Shown one piece after another: positions 39,014-52,359 of a stretch of DNA of 64,000 nucleotides. A program made the position numbers and the translations under genes. Under the pieces are notes generated by a model. It worked only from the letters and a program-made list of their open reading frames with translations. It did not search any database and was not told where the DNA came from. Source of the stretch: Octopus bimaculoides (taxonomy: Eukaryota); the NCBI RefSeq assembly GCF_001194135.2, contig NC_068999.1, positions 3,993,277-4,057,276 on the forward strand. Direction: 5' to 3'. Every line of letters begins with the position of its first letter. Position 1 is the stretch's first letter.

Positions 39014-40454
39014 NNNNNNNNNNACACACACATACACACACTCTCTCTCTCTCTCTCTCATCGACCTCCCACATGCACACCCATTCATACAACTCCTACG
39101 TACACACACACACACACATACACCTACACACAAATACTCCTATCCACACAAAACATCCACCCCTACCTGTGACAATAGTGGTCAGACACATCCTGTATAG
39201 GTTTACATTTTCCCTTTCATGAAGGACCGTTGTTGCAATATTTCTAATTTCTAATGTTACTCTGTGACTGTGTACGTCGAGGGCTTCCCTCCTCATTTGT
39301 TGTGTGACCTGTGTATGTCGATAATTTGGCACCTCGGTTCCTAATGATCCGAATATGCTGATAAATCACACCCTATGTTGTTGCAAGACCCATTTATGTT
39401 ATAAATGTGACCCTTTCTATTAGTCTGAGACCCAAGTATGATGAGGAATAAATCCTTCTGTTGCTGTGACTGTTGAGGACTCTGATTTGTTTGTTGCTGT
39501 ATGATAAGTGAATGTTGACAGCTTCTCCCCTTCGTTTCTGTGTGACCAACGGATGCTATGAACTTGGTTTCTTGTGTCATTGTGTGACCTATACCTGTAT
39601 GTTGAAGACACTCGCCCCCACCTTGTTGCTGTGTAACCCTTGTATGGTAAAGACTTACTTCGGAGCATTTGAAATAAGGGTGATAGTGTTTAGAGCTGTA
39701 GCTCTGTTTTTCTTAAACCGACCCCTGTCGAAATCATTCAACCAAAAAACTGTCGGAATGTGATCTGTTCAATGTTGATGGGAAAGTTCTGTACTTGGAA
39801 GTAGGTAGCCGTGAAGAATTTGGTCGGTCATCGTCCGTTGGTTATAAGTGAAGAGACACATGGTCACAGTAAGTGCCAAGCTTGCAGAGATGGTAAAGGC
39901 TGTACCATTGGTAGGATACAGGCCATTCCCTTCCCTGAGACATCTACCACCCACATACATAAAACAAAAATCCCAAACAATTTAAAGAAAAAAGGATTTT
40001 TGTAATTAAAATAAAAAAAACTGAAATAAAAAATGCTTAACATTGAATTTAAAGAAGAATTAAAGAGGCAGGAAATTGAAAAAGGATAAAATACTGATCT
40101 TCACTCCATTTAATCTCCATGTACAGTCCATGTGCTTGGGTCAATAATGAATTAAAAATTTCCCTTTTAGCTATGGGGACATAAAGAAAGACAACAAGGA
40201 TAAAACTGCGGTCCTTTAATTTTATTTCCTGGCCTGTCGACATAGTATATAATGTGTATATACTATGTATATACATGTCAGCATAGTATATAGTGTGTAC
40301 ATACAAAGAATATACACGTCAGCGTAGTGTGTAGTGTGAACTTGAAAACATTCAGACATTATCTCCAGCTTTCAAAATCCTTGTTGCATTTCACATGGAA
40401 TTTTTGCTCCCCCAAATTTGTCTTGGTGTAGAACACAATCTACTTTCTTTTAGG

Positions 40455-41245
40455 GGCTATTCCACTGAAGTCGAATTTGCTATTCATCATTTCAGTTGTC
40501 GATAAATTAAGTACCAGTTGCATACTGGGGTCAATGCAATCAACTTAATCCCTTCCCCCAAATTTGAGACCTTGTGCTCTCAGTAAAAAAGCTTATTATT
40601 ATTATCATCATTATTGTTGTTGTTGTTGTTATATGAAAGGCATTGAGTTGGCAGAAACGTTAGCACGCTGGGCAGTATTTCGTCTGCCGTTAGGTTCTGA
40701 GTTCAAATTCTGCCGGGGTCAATTAAACAAGTACCAGTTAGGCACTGGGATCGACGTAATCAACTTAACCCCTTTNNNNNNNNNNNNNNNNNNNNNNNNN
40801 NNNNNNNNNNNNNNNNNNNNNNNNNNNNNNNNNNNNNNNNNNNNNNNNNNNNNNNNNNNNNNNNNNNNNNNNNNNNNNNNNNNNNNNNNNNNNNNNNNNN
40901 NNNNNNNNNNNNNNNNNNNNNNNNNNNNNNNNNNNNNNNNNNNNNNNNNNNNNNNNNNNNNNNNNNNNNNNNNNNNNNNNNNNNNNNNNNNNNNNNNNNN
41001 NNNNNNNNNNNNNNNNNNNNNNNNNNNNNNNNNNNNNNNNNNNNNNNNNAGCACACTGGACGAAATGCTTAGTGGTATTTTATCTGTTATTACGTTCTGG
41101 GTTCAAATTCTGCCAAGGTCGACTTTACTTTTAATCCTTTTAGGTTTTAGGGTCGATAAATTAAGCACCAATGAAACACTGGTATCAATGTAATCAACTG
41201 GTCCCCTCCCCCCAAATTTCAGGCCTTGTACCTTTAGTTGAAAGG
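40455..41245 (+). mobile_element. Cluster of three SINE family A copies around a gap
   Basis: Modules gtcgataaattaagtaccagtt...ctggggtc and ttctgagttcaaattctgcc recur at 40455, 40635 and 41050. Confidence 0.8.
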
Positions 41246-41258
41246 ATTATTATCATTA

Positions 41259-41290
<32 letters not shown>

Positions 41291-42667
41291 GTGAGGTTGT
41301 TGATTGAAGATATTGTGTGCCTGGCAACGGTCATGCTCGGATATGCTTTCAATGTTCTGCTGGTACAAGTGCCAATCAGGCAGTACTGTCATCGGCCACG
41401 TCAGCGATTTTGATTTGTTTGCACTTGCCTCAGTAGGTTTTCACAAGCAAAGTTCATTGTCCAATGAATGAGGGGTACTCATAAGAGGGCCGGTTACACC
41501 TAATTCTTTCATTTTCCTTCTGCTTCACTGATGTCTTCTCTTTCTCTCTCTCCCTCCCTCCCTCTCTCCCCTCCCTCCTCTAGCCCCCTTCTATGACCAC
41601 ACCTATCCCCACTCCCACAAACTATAATCAGACCATAATCACAGACTTTCACAATTAAAGGGATCAAAACTACTTCATATTAAAAATAAACCATTTTTGC
41701 TTCTTACTGTTCTCTAAAACTTTTCACCGAGACTGTCCTTGTCACCTCTCACCTGCAATTTCTTTATTTTTCTGCCAGGAAAAAGAAGTAAATAAAATTT
41801 ATCCAAGAGGTGAGGTTCATCGTCATCACCACCACCACCACCTCCACTATTACTTTAGCCATCACTGTCATTGTCACCGTTGTCATCATTGATTGCTATT
41901 ATCATCGCTGTTGCTGTATTCATCAATCATCATCACCGTTGCTGTAGTTGTCATCACCATCACTATCATCATCATAATTGAGCCACTGTTGTCATCACTA
42001 CCGACACCACCACCACTGTCACCATCTCCACCTCCATCACCACCCTTCCAGCTGAAAACGTGAAGATTCTCACTGTTGTGTTGCTAGGCAATATCTTCAG
42101 AATCCTTAATTTCATTTTCTTATCACAGATAATCCCTTAAATCACTCCTTTCTTCTTTCTTTCCTCCCTGTCTCCGGTTCTTTACAATGTAGACCATTCT
42201 TGGAACTACAAACGTGTTTCAGGAATTACAACAAGAGTGTTTGGTCAGAACATGAAGATATTTNNNNNNNNNNNNNNNNNNNNNNNNNNNNNNNNNNNNN
42301 NNNNNNNNNNNNNNNNNNNNNNNNNNNNNNNNNNNNNNNNNNNNNNNNNNNNNNNNNNNNNNNNNNNNNNNNNNNNNNNNNNNNNNNNNNNNNNNNNNNN
42401 NNNNNNNNNNNNNNNNNNNNNNNNNNNNNNNNNNNNNNNNNNNNNNNNNNNNNNNNNNNNNNNNNNNNNNNNNNNNNNNNNNNNNNNNNNNNNNNNNNNN
42501 NNNNNNNNNNNNNNNNNNNNNNNNNNNNNNNNNNNNNNNNNNNNNNNNNNNNNNNNNNNNNNNNNNNNNNNNNNNNNNNNNNNNNNNNNNNNNNNNNNNN
42601 NNNNNNNNNNNNNNNNNNNNNNNNNNNNNNNNNNNNNNNNNNNNNNNNNNNNNNNNNNNNNNNNNNN

Positions 42668-42711
<44 letters not shown>

Positions 42712-42867
42712 CATCTTTATGGTGACATTAATTCCATAAAACGAATCGTTATTAACATTACTTTTTTATTCATCCTCATGGAAAATTCTAGATTTTAAAA
42801 TTTCAACTGGGTTTAGATATTTTTCTTTCTTTTCCTTCTTTTCTATTTATTTCTTCTTCTCCTTCAG

Positions 42868-42984
42868 CATCGTGATGCTAAAATTGATGTAAATTCTGAG
42901 ATTTTTCAACCCAACATTGTTGTATTCTCTTTGTCTGAGACACAGAAGCTAATAACGGAACAAAAATTACCTCGAAAGAAAAAG
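42868..42984 (+). CDS. Probable anoctamin exon (HRDAKIDVNSEIFQPNIVVFSLSETQKLITEQKLPRKKK), phase 0-0; a shorter form could end at 42888
   Basis: Long pyrimidine tract ending ttcttctccttcag|. 39 open codons to AAG|gtttct. Alternative in-frame donor GAT|gtaaat after 21 nt. Confidence 0.5.
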
Positions 42985-44213
42985 GTTTCTATTTGCTTGA
43001 AATTCCCTCCCGTTTTCCGTGTGAACATTTACCCTCTACCAGTTGCATGCCAATTCCTATGTCATACCCAGTTCTCAATATCATGGGGCTTTTCGCACTA
43101 TGTTTTGTTCTTCGACTGTGTAAAATTAGCACCATTTTGGTATAGCCTTGTGTTCTAGCAGTTTACATTAGCATCATTTCTAACAGCCTTTTTCCTTGTT
43201 TTTCGTTCCAAAACCCTTGAAATTCTCTTCAATTACTAACTTTAACGGGTATTTTTTTAAATAATTGTAATTAATTTTTCCATTTGATTATTGTTCCCAC
43301 CTTTTTAATACATTTCTCTAAAGTTTTAAAATACCAAGGTCTGGAATTAATTTACTTTTCTTCAAACAAAAAAATGGCTGATCGTTAGTAAGGAGGGACA
43401 CACAAATAAGAAAGAAGAAAACAAAGGACCACTGATGAGGTCACAGAAGTGTGATGAAAGATCTCTGGCCGAAATACGATTAATGTAATATAAAGCTGAA
43501 GCAAATTAACACCAAATATATAGTACGTGTGTTTTTATTGGCTAAATTGGCAACATGACCATCCACAAATACAATAATATCTGTTTCAACACGATTTCAC
43601 ATCAAGAATCTTGCAAAACAAATATATAAACAAAAAAATTCTTATTTTCATTCAAATGGTTTAGGTTTAAAAGCATTTATTCTTGACCCTAAAACATCAT
43701 TGTAAATAATTCTTTGCACTTCAAATACCACACAATTATTGGAAGACAATGACAAAACCATAAGTATTGCAAAGTTCTAAGCATTCTTTACATTTCAATA
43801 CTATTATTATCATTATTATTATTACTATTATTATTATTCAAGACAAAGAGCGTGATTTGATTGCAATAGATATTTTATTGGTTGAACGATACTTTGACAG
43901 TAAATCTGTCTCTGTCGAGTTCAAAATAAGAAATAATAAAAATTCCAAATTACAGAAATTTAAACGTAAAGTATGAACGAGAGGAACCAGCGTCCACACG
44001 TTGATGGAATTACATCATCTGTCTTTATGTTTCAATTACATCACTTCTTAAACTGAAGGACTGCATCAAGTACAAATGTCCTCTTTAGCATGGTCCTTAC
44101 AGCAAGGTGCCCTTCCTCATGCCAACCACATTACCGAGTATACTGGGTGCTTCTTTTGTCCCTAGTGATGATTGCCTTGTAACTAGCAAGGCTAAGGGCC
44201 TAAAGTGGCCCCT

Positions 44214-44757
44214 ATAATTGAGAAAGAATAGAAGGGAAAGCGGGTGGTGATTCCAGGTGAAAACCAATAAATCTTTCTTTCCCAATTTTTGATGTTTTAA
44301 ACATTATTCTAAGAGCCTTAAGCAACGTTTCTTTTCAAGGCTGCATATTTATGTTACAGTAAATGAGATTTTGTGGCAGTCATGCTGTATTCCAGACAGT
44401 TCTGACATATAAGTAAAATGTTTTCACTTAAAAACAGGAGCCAGTGTTAACCCCTTCCTTACTGTGTTTATGTTACTCAAGGTAACATAATTGAGAAAGA
44501 ATAGAAGGGAAAGCGGGTGGTGATTCCAGGTGAAAACCAATAAATCTTTCTTTCCCAATTTTTGATGTTTTAAACCTTATTCTAAGAGCCTTAAGCAACG
44601 TTTCTTTTCAAGGCTGCATATTTATGTTACAGTAAATGAGATTTCGTGGCAGTCATGCTGTATTCCAGACAGTTCTGACATGTAAGTAAAATGTTTTCAC
44701 TTAAAAACAGGAGCCAGTGTTAACCCCTTCCTTACTGTGTTTATGTTACTCAAGGTA
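44214..44757. repeat. 273-bp direct tandem duplication
   Basis: ataattgagaaagaatagaagg starts at 44214 and 44487; three substitutions seen between the copies. Confidence 0.95.
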
Positions 44758-45864
44758 GATAACTCTATTAATACCAACAAATACAGACAAGACAAACTGA
44801 AGGGGTCTTTAACAAACTGACTGGTGACAGTAAAGGATATGTTTCTGCGTTACTGCACCTCTTCAGGTGGCAGAGTAAAGTCAGCTGTTTTTTGTTTTTT
44901 TTTACATGGACAAGAAACTATTAGTATTAAGATTTTAAGTGGGGAAGTTGTGGCAGTCATTCATCTTCCTTATAACATTAATACCATTAAATAATATACT
45001 TCTCCCCTTATTGTGAGAAAATGAGCCAATATGGGTAACTTTTATAGGGGTCACCAAAACTATGAGACAAAGCTGCTGAGCCTCCCTCAAATCACAACTG
45101 ACTACCTTAATTATAGAAAGACTTATTGCATGGTGTAATCCTAGATAGACTTTACCTAAATAAAAGACTGCATGGTGGAATGTCTTTGATTGTAGGTCTA
45201 CTTGATTGTGGCTGCGAAAATAAAACATTACCAATACATTTTAACTCCTAGAATTTCTTAACCGTTTTACTAAACCTAATCCTTATCAGAGATAAAAACT
45301 AGACCAACACTCTAAAGTTGCATGTATTAAAACGGGGTTACTCGACTCCTTCTTTGAAAGCCACAAAATATTTTGTTTCCATTGACAGATAAAAGACGAA
45401 AACCCCGGATATTTGAAGAAATGCATGTAACTTTGCTCATAGTAACAACCCTTATTTTCAGAACAACCTTCTCCCTTTCAGTTGGCTTTTGACCCCTGTT
45501 GCATGTTCCTCTTTAAAAGGTTTTGTTCTCATTTCCATGATCAACAAATTCTGATGTAATTGATTTTTGTTGTTTTGTTGTTTCCTTTTTGTCTGATTTT
45601 CATCTTTTTTTTTTGGTTTGTTGGTTTTCGTTTGTCTTACTCTTTGTTCCTTGTTACTATTTATTTTATGATGTATTCAAATAATTATCATATATTTTAT
45701 ACAAATATAATTAATATATTTTTGCTTTCCTTTATATATATAATGATATAAGTCACCTTCAAGAATCAACCTCGGCAACTTTTGAAAAATATATGCCCTT
45801 TAATATATTGTTGAATTTTCAGAAAAACACATTTATTATACTACCTGGCCTACCATATATATCA

Positions 45865-46130
45865 TCATCATCATCATCATTTAATATCCACTTTCCTTGC
45901 TGGCATGGGTTGGACTGTTTGACTGGAACTGGTAAACCAGAGAGCTGCGTCAGCTTCCAGTCTGATTTGGTTTGGTTTCTAAGGCTAGGTGCTCTTCCTA
46001 AAGGTCATGTAGCCATAGAAACCAAGACAAATCAAGCCTTTCTTAATGCCAACCACTTTACAGAATGTGGTGGATGCTTTTAATGTGGCACCAGCACAAG
46101 TGCTTTTTACATGACACCAGCACAGGACCC
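45865..46130 (-). mobile_element. Family B copy
   Basis: catcatcatttaatatccactttccttgctggcatgggttggactg...cttaatgccaaccact...gtggcaccagcac. Confidence 0.7.
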
Positions 46131-46315
46131 TGGCTGACCAATCCTCCTCTCCAGAGGGCCTTCTCTTCATCAGGAGGACTCCTCTTCACCAGGGAGCCAT
46201 ATAGAGATATAACTTATAGAGGTTAGTTCATTAGTTTGTTATCCTGGACTGGCTTAAAGTACTGTACTTTATTTGTACTGAGTACTCCTCCAGATAATTA
46301 CCCAACATCTGTGTG

Positions 46316-46356
<41 letters not shown>

Positions 46357-47341
46357 NNNNNNNNNNNNNNNNNNNNNNNNNNNNNNNNNNNNNNNNNNNN
46401 NNNNNNNNNNNNNNNNNNNNNNNNNNNNNNNNNNNNNNNNNNNNNNNNNNNNNNNNNNNNNNNNNNNNNNNNNNNNNNNNNNNNNNNNNNNNNNNNNNNN
46501 NNNNNNNNNNNNNNNNNNNNNNNNNNNNNNNNNNNNNNNNNNNNNNNNNNNNNNNNNNNNNNNNNNNNNNNNNNNNNNNNNNNNNNNNNNNNNNNNNNNN
46601 NNNNNNNNNNNNNNNNNNNNNNNNNNNNNNNNNNNNNNNNNNNNNNNNNNNNNNNNNNNNNNNNNNNNNNNNNNNNNNNNNNNNNNNNNNNNNNNNNNNN
46701 NNNNNNNNNNNNNNNNNNNNNNNNNNNNNNNNNNNNNNNNNNNNNNNNNNNNNNNNNNNNNNNNNNNNNNNNNNNNNNNNNNNNNNNNNNNNNNNNNNNN
46801 NNNNNNNNNNNNNNNNNNNNNNNNNNNNNNNNNNNNNNNNNNNNNNNNNNNNNNNNNNNNNNNNNNNNNNNNNNNNNNNNNNNNNNNNNNNNNNNNNNNN
46901 NNNNNNNNNNNNNNNNNNNNNNNNNNNNNNNNNNNNNNNNNNNNNNNNNNNNNNNNNNNNNNNNNNNNNNNNNNNNNNNNNNNNNNNNNNNNNNNNNNNN
47001 NNNNNNNNNNNNNNNNNNNNNNNNNNNNNNNNNNNNNNNNNNNNNNNNNNNNNNNNNNNNNNNNNNNNNNNNNNNNNNNNNNNNNNNNNNNNNNNNNNNN
47101 NNNNNNNNNNNNNNNNNNNNNNNNNNNNNNNNNNNNNNNNNNNNNNNNNNNNNNNNNNNNNNNNNNNNNNNNNNNNNNNNNNNNNNNNNNNNNNNNNNNN
47201 NNNNNNNNNNNNNNNNNAATGTATTACAATGACAGTTACAAAATCTAAAATGAGTTTTATTGATTTGATATTTCTTGTTTTCAGGTTTATTTTCAGTTTT
47301 TTTTTTTTCTGGTGTGAAATGACAACAATTCTCTCTCACTT

Positions 47342-47375
<34 letters not shown>

Positions 47376-48158
47376 GCTCATAAAATACAAGTTGCTGTAT
47401 AAGTGTGTGTGTGTTCTCGACATGTTTCTACAGAATGTGGACAGCCGGTACTCCTCATAATTGTATGTCAAGTACTTGAGCACAAAATGTTTGTGTGTAT
47501 AACCGATGTGTGTATATCTATGTACTTTCTGAATCTGCATTCATTGTGTTTATTTGATGTGAGTGTATGCATTACGTATGCGTGTGTATATGTTTACTTG
47601 ATAAGTGTGTGTGTATATTGTGTATTGATATAAGTGTGTACAATTCATGATTTGCATAGATTGTGTATGAGTGTGCATGAATCAGAAGTAAGTATTGAGT
47701 GTGTGTGTGTGTGCGTGTGTGCGTGTGTGTGTGTGTGTGCGTGTGTGCGTGTGTGTGTGTGTGTGTGTACATGTAGATATATATATAGATATATACATAT
47801 ACACACATACATAGATATATGTTGATATACAGGCACAAACATAGATACACACACACACGTAGATATAGATAGATATACGTATTGGTAGACACATTTTCAT
47901 ATATATACATATGTGTGTGGGTGTAGAGAGAGAGAGAGAGAGAGTGAAACACACAGCGGTATCTGTATACATTGTGCATGTGTGTGTGTGTGTGTGTGTG
48001 TGCATGTAGGAAATATATACTCTGTAAAGATGAGGTTAACAGTATTAGATATCTATGTTTATACACTGTCTAGATGTAAAAACATACATCCTGTGTGGAT
48101 GTGTTTAATGATAATAAGTTGGGAAGGCAATTGGCATGAAATGGAAGCAAAATTGAAG

Positions 48159-48190
<32 letters not shown>

Positions 48191-48244
48191 CTTTCTCTGA
48201 TAGGTTGTTAATCTGATATGTTGGAGATTAACAACATCCACTGT

Positions 48245-48445
48245 AAGCTCACCCCTGCTTTCTATGATAGGCACAAGGCCTGAAATTTTGGGGAGGGAGA
48301 TGGTCAATTACATTGACCCCCCTACTACTCTGCTGTTGCCCTGAAAGGATGAAGGGCAAAGTCGACCTTGACGGAATTTGAAATTCAGAATGTAACTGCA
48401 GATGATATACTGCTAAGCGTTTCACCCAGTGAGCTAACGATTCTG
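48245..48445 (-). mobile_element. SINE family A copy
   Basis: aaaggatgaagggcaaagtcgaccttgacggaatttgaaattcagaatgtaa...gctaacgattctgcca. Confidence 0.8.
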
Positions 48446-48464
48446 CCATAATCATCATCATCCT

Positions 48465-48790
48465 CATCATCGTTTAACGTCTGTTTTCCATGCTGGCATG
48501 GGTTGGACCGGTTCAACTGGGGTCTGGGAAGCCAGGAGGCTGCACCAAGCCCCAATCTGATCTGGCAGTGTTTCTACCGCTGGATGCCCTTCCTAATGCC
48601 AACCACTCCTAGAATGTGGTGGGTGCTTTTTACGTGCCACCGGCACAGGAGCCAGAGGAGGTGGCATCAACCATGATCGGATGGTGCTTTTTACGTGCCA
48701 CTGGTACGGAAGTCAGTCAAAGTGACACTGGCATCAGCCACGTTCGGATGGCTTTTTACATGCTACCGGCACGGGGCTCACAACTACAAT
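48465..48790 (-). mobile_element. Family B copy with internal repeats (ttttacrtgccaccggcac x3)
   Basis: Highly similar to 61515-61760. Confidence 0.85.
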
Positions 48791-48822
48791 TTCCATTTGA
48801 TTTGATTTTGATATTGCTGTTG

Positions 48823-48868
<46 letters not shown>

Positions 48869-48942
48869 GATAATATACACACATATATAGATATATACAT
48901 ATATCATCATCGTCGTCATTTAACATCCACTTTCCATGCTGG

Positions 48943-48985
<43 letters not shown>

Positions 48986-49959
48986 ACATATATATATACA
49001 CATCTCTATATATATACATATAGGGAGAATTCACAAAAGAACAAAAGACGAAAGATGGGTGGTGTAGACGACAAACAGATGTATTAGTTTAATGCTCGGG
49101 AAGTGAAAAAGTCTTTAATGTTTTGAACCTACGCTCTTCCACAGAAAGGAACACAGAAAGAAACAAAGAGAGAAAATAAAGAGTGTGTTGTGGTTAGCGA
49201 CACATATATAAATACACATATGCACACATATACATATATACACACACACACATGCACATATATCAGACAGACACGGATGTATGTGAGAATAGAGAGAGAG
49301 AGAGTGAGTGAGTGACTGTTATTTTTAGATTCGGTCGTCCTTTTTCTTTTCTACAGACAGTGGAATCATCTATTGTTGACTAGTGAACCAGGAAACAGAA
49401 ATAGCAGCTGTTTGTGTGTGTGAAGGGCGGAACACAAATAAGCTGATAGAAATAATAGACAAGAGAAATGAGAGGCAGTTGTTGTGAGAGGAAGAAAGAC
49501 TGAGCTGATGGGGAAGTGTGATGTGTATGGCTGGAGGTCTGAAGAATAGATGAGAGTTTGGTAAATATGTGCTGAGAGGTCCAAGGTCAGCATAGCACGA
49601 TGTGGCTAAATTTGGTCCCAGAAGGTTGAAGCTGGTTAAGGGGATGACAAAGCACCACAACATGTGGTGAGATATCCTGGACTGGACAAGATCTCTCCAA
49701 CCCATGCCAACATGGAAGAATAGATGTAAAGTGGATAGGTGTCAGCTGGGCAATGGGAAACAAGTGGCACCACAAATGTGCGCACACACACACACACACA
49801 CTTTGTATATTCTTGTGTTTGTTCATTGTTTAGCAGTAGATATATCTGTATGTGTTTGTGTGTGTATGTGAGAGTATATTAATATGTTTGTGTATGTGTG
49901 TGCATATGTATGTGTGTGGGCATATATGTACATATATATGTGTGTTTGAATATATATAC

Positions 49960-49999
<40 letters not shown>

Positions 50000-50228
50000 N
50001 NNNNNNNNNGTGTGTGTGTATGTACATATGTGTGTGTATGTACATGTGTGTGTGTATATGTACATGTGTGTGTGTATATGTACATGTGTGTGTGTATATG
50101 TACATGTGTGTGTGTATATGTACATGTGTGTGTGTGTGTATATATATATATATGCACGTGTATGTATGTGTGCATATATATGTGTATATGTGTGTGTAAA
50201 TATATGTATATATGCATATGCATGCATG

Positions 50229-50259
<31 letters not shown>

Positions 50260-50729
50260 GCACATGTGTGTCTACATACGTATGTATATATATATACAAG
50301 TACAAGTGTATACAATATGCAACCTTAGTTTTAATTCCACTTCTTAACAGCCAAATTCTTTAAAGCAGAACAATTTACAGAGAAATCTTTGGTAAGATAT
50401 CAAAAGCTGGCATTTTGACACAAACAACGTCAATACTAACCAATATTTTTAAAATTAATTAAGCAACTGTAATTGTCTTGTCAAAAATAATTAAACTTTA
50501 TTGCTTCATTGCTTGCAACATTACAAAAATATTTTCAACAGTATTTTTACAGAAAATCTTCCATTTTTACCATTTTTCAAAACATTTTTTTCTTTTGTTT
50601 TTTTTTGTTGTTTTTTTCCTGTATTTTTCTATTCTCCGTTTCTTGATAGAATTTGTTGTTATACGAGACAAGAAGTCAACTGTTTGAATTATTTATAATG
50701 TTTTATCTTCATTATTTTTGTTCCTGAAG

Positions 50730-50888
50730 AAGTCACTAAACAGCCTGTATTTTGACGACCAAAAGCGCCAAATTGATTTCGTGTTGGCTTTCAATAAAGA
50801 GTGCGATGATGGCAAGAATGAGAACCGAAGACATCAGTTCGAGAACAGCTTGGAAAAGTTTGGACTGGAATTGGAATATGCAACGAAG
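50730..50888 (+). CDS. ANO: Anoctamin/TMEM16 exon, start of the N-terminal cytosolic (dimerisation) domain: KSLNSLYFDDQKRQIDFVLAFNKECDDGKNENRRHQFENSLEKFGLELEYATK
   Basis: My translation matches the anoctamin signature YFxDGxRxIDYVL...RxxFExNLxxxGLELE. Acceptor ttcctgaag| and donor AAG|GTATAA, 159 nt, phase 0-0. The paralogue cannot be assigned. Confidence 0.93.
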
Positions 50889-51088
50889 GTATAACTTTGT
50901 TTTTTACACACATTCACACACACACACACATTCACACACACATACACACACATTCACACCCTACATAATATACACATGACATTTTATACAAACATGAATA
51001 CACTACATTTTATATACTCATACATACACTACATTATATAAACACACACACACACTATATTGTGTGTGTGTGTGTGTATATATATATA

Positions 51089-51494
51089 TTACTCCTTTAC
51101 TCCTTTACTTGTTTCAGCCATTTGACTGCGGCCATGCTGGAGCACCGCCTTTGGTCGAGCAAATCAACCCCAGGATTTATTCTTGGTAACCTAGTACTTA
51201 TTCTATCGGTGTCTTTTGCCGAACCGCTAAGTTACGGGGACGTAAACACACCACCATCGGTTGTCAAGCGATGTTGGGGGGACAAACACAGACACACAAA
51301 CATATACACACACATACATATATATATACATATATACGACGGGCTTCTTTCAGTTTCCGTCTACCAAATCCACTCACAAGGCTTTGGTCGGCCCGAGGCT
51401 ATAGTAGAAGACACTTGCCCAAGGTGCCACGCAGTGGGACTGAACCCAGGACCATGTGGTTGGTAAGCAAGCTACTTACCACATAGCTACTCCT
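51089..51494 (-). mobile_element. Full-length CORE-type tRNA SINE (family C)
   Basis: The minus strand reads GTAGCTATGTGGTAAGTAGC...GGTTCAGTCCC (tRNA-like head), CACCTTGGGCAAGTGTC (CORE-like), an internal (TA/TG)n, and a 3' tail gtaaaggagtaaaggagt. Confidence 0.85.
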
Positions 51495-51591
51495 ACACAC
51501 ACACTACATTATACAAACTTGCTAGCTTTGATGTAATCAACTACTCTCCACCCACAAAATTTCAGGCCTTGTTCCTTCAGTAGCAGCAAGA

Positions 51592-51629
<38 letters not shown>

Positions 51630-52359
51630 CATTATTATTATTGTGCTTTCTCATTATTTGGTGACAAGCATAAAAGCCATTGATACATTTACAAAGCCAT
51701 TGATAAGCCTGCTAAAGTATTGAGACTTGTGATTATTCATAAACCTAACGCACGCACACACACNNNNNNNNNNNNNNNNNNNNNNNNNNNNNNNNNNNNN
51801 NNNNNNNNNNNNNNNNNNNNNNNNNNNNNNNNNNNNNNNNNNNNNNNNNNNNNNNNNNNNNNNNNNNNNNNNNNNNNNNNNNNNNNNNNNNNNNNNNNNN
51901 NNNNNNNNNNNNNNNNNNNNNNNNNNNNNNNNNNNNNNNNNNNNNNNNNNNNNNNNNNNNNNNNNNNNNNNNNNNNNNNNNNNNNNNNNNNNNNNNNNNN
52001 NNNNNNNNNNNNNNNNNNNNNNNNNNNNNNNNNNNNNNNNNNNNNNNNNNNNNNNNNNNNNNNNNNNNNNNNNNNNNNNNNNNNNNNNNNNNNNNNNNNN
52101 NNNNNNNNNNNNNNNNNNNNNNNNNNNNNNNNNNNNNNNNNNNNNNNNNNNNNNNNNNNNNNNNNNNNNNNNNNNNNNNNNNNNNNNNNNNNNNNNNNNN
52201 NNNNNNNNNNNNNNNNNNNNNNNNNNNNNNNNNNNNNNNNNNNNNNNNNNNNNNNNNNNNNNNNNNNNNNNNNNNNNNNNNNNNNNNNNNNNNNNNNNNN
52301 NNNNNNNNNNNNNNNNNNNNNNNNNNNNNNNNNNNNNNNNNNNNNNNNNNNNNNNNNNN

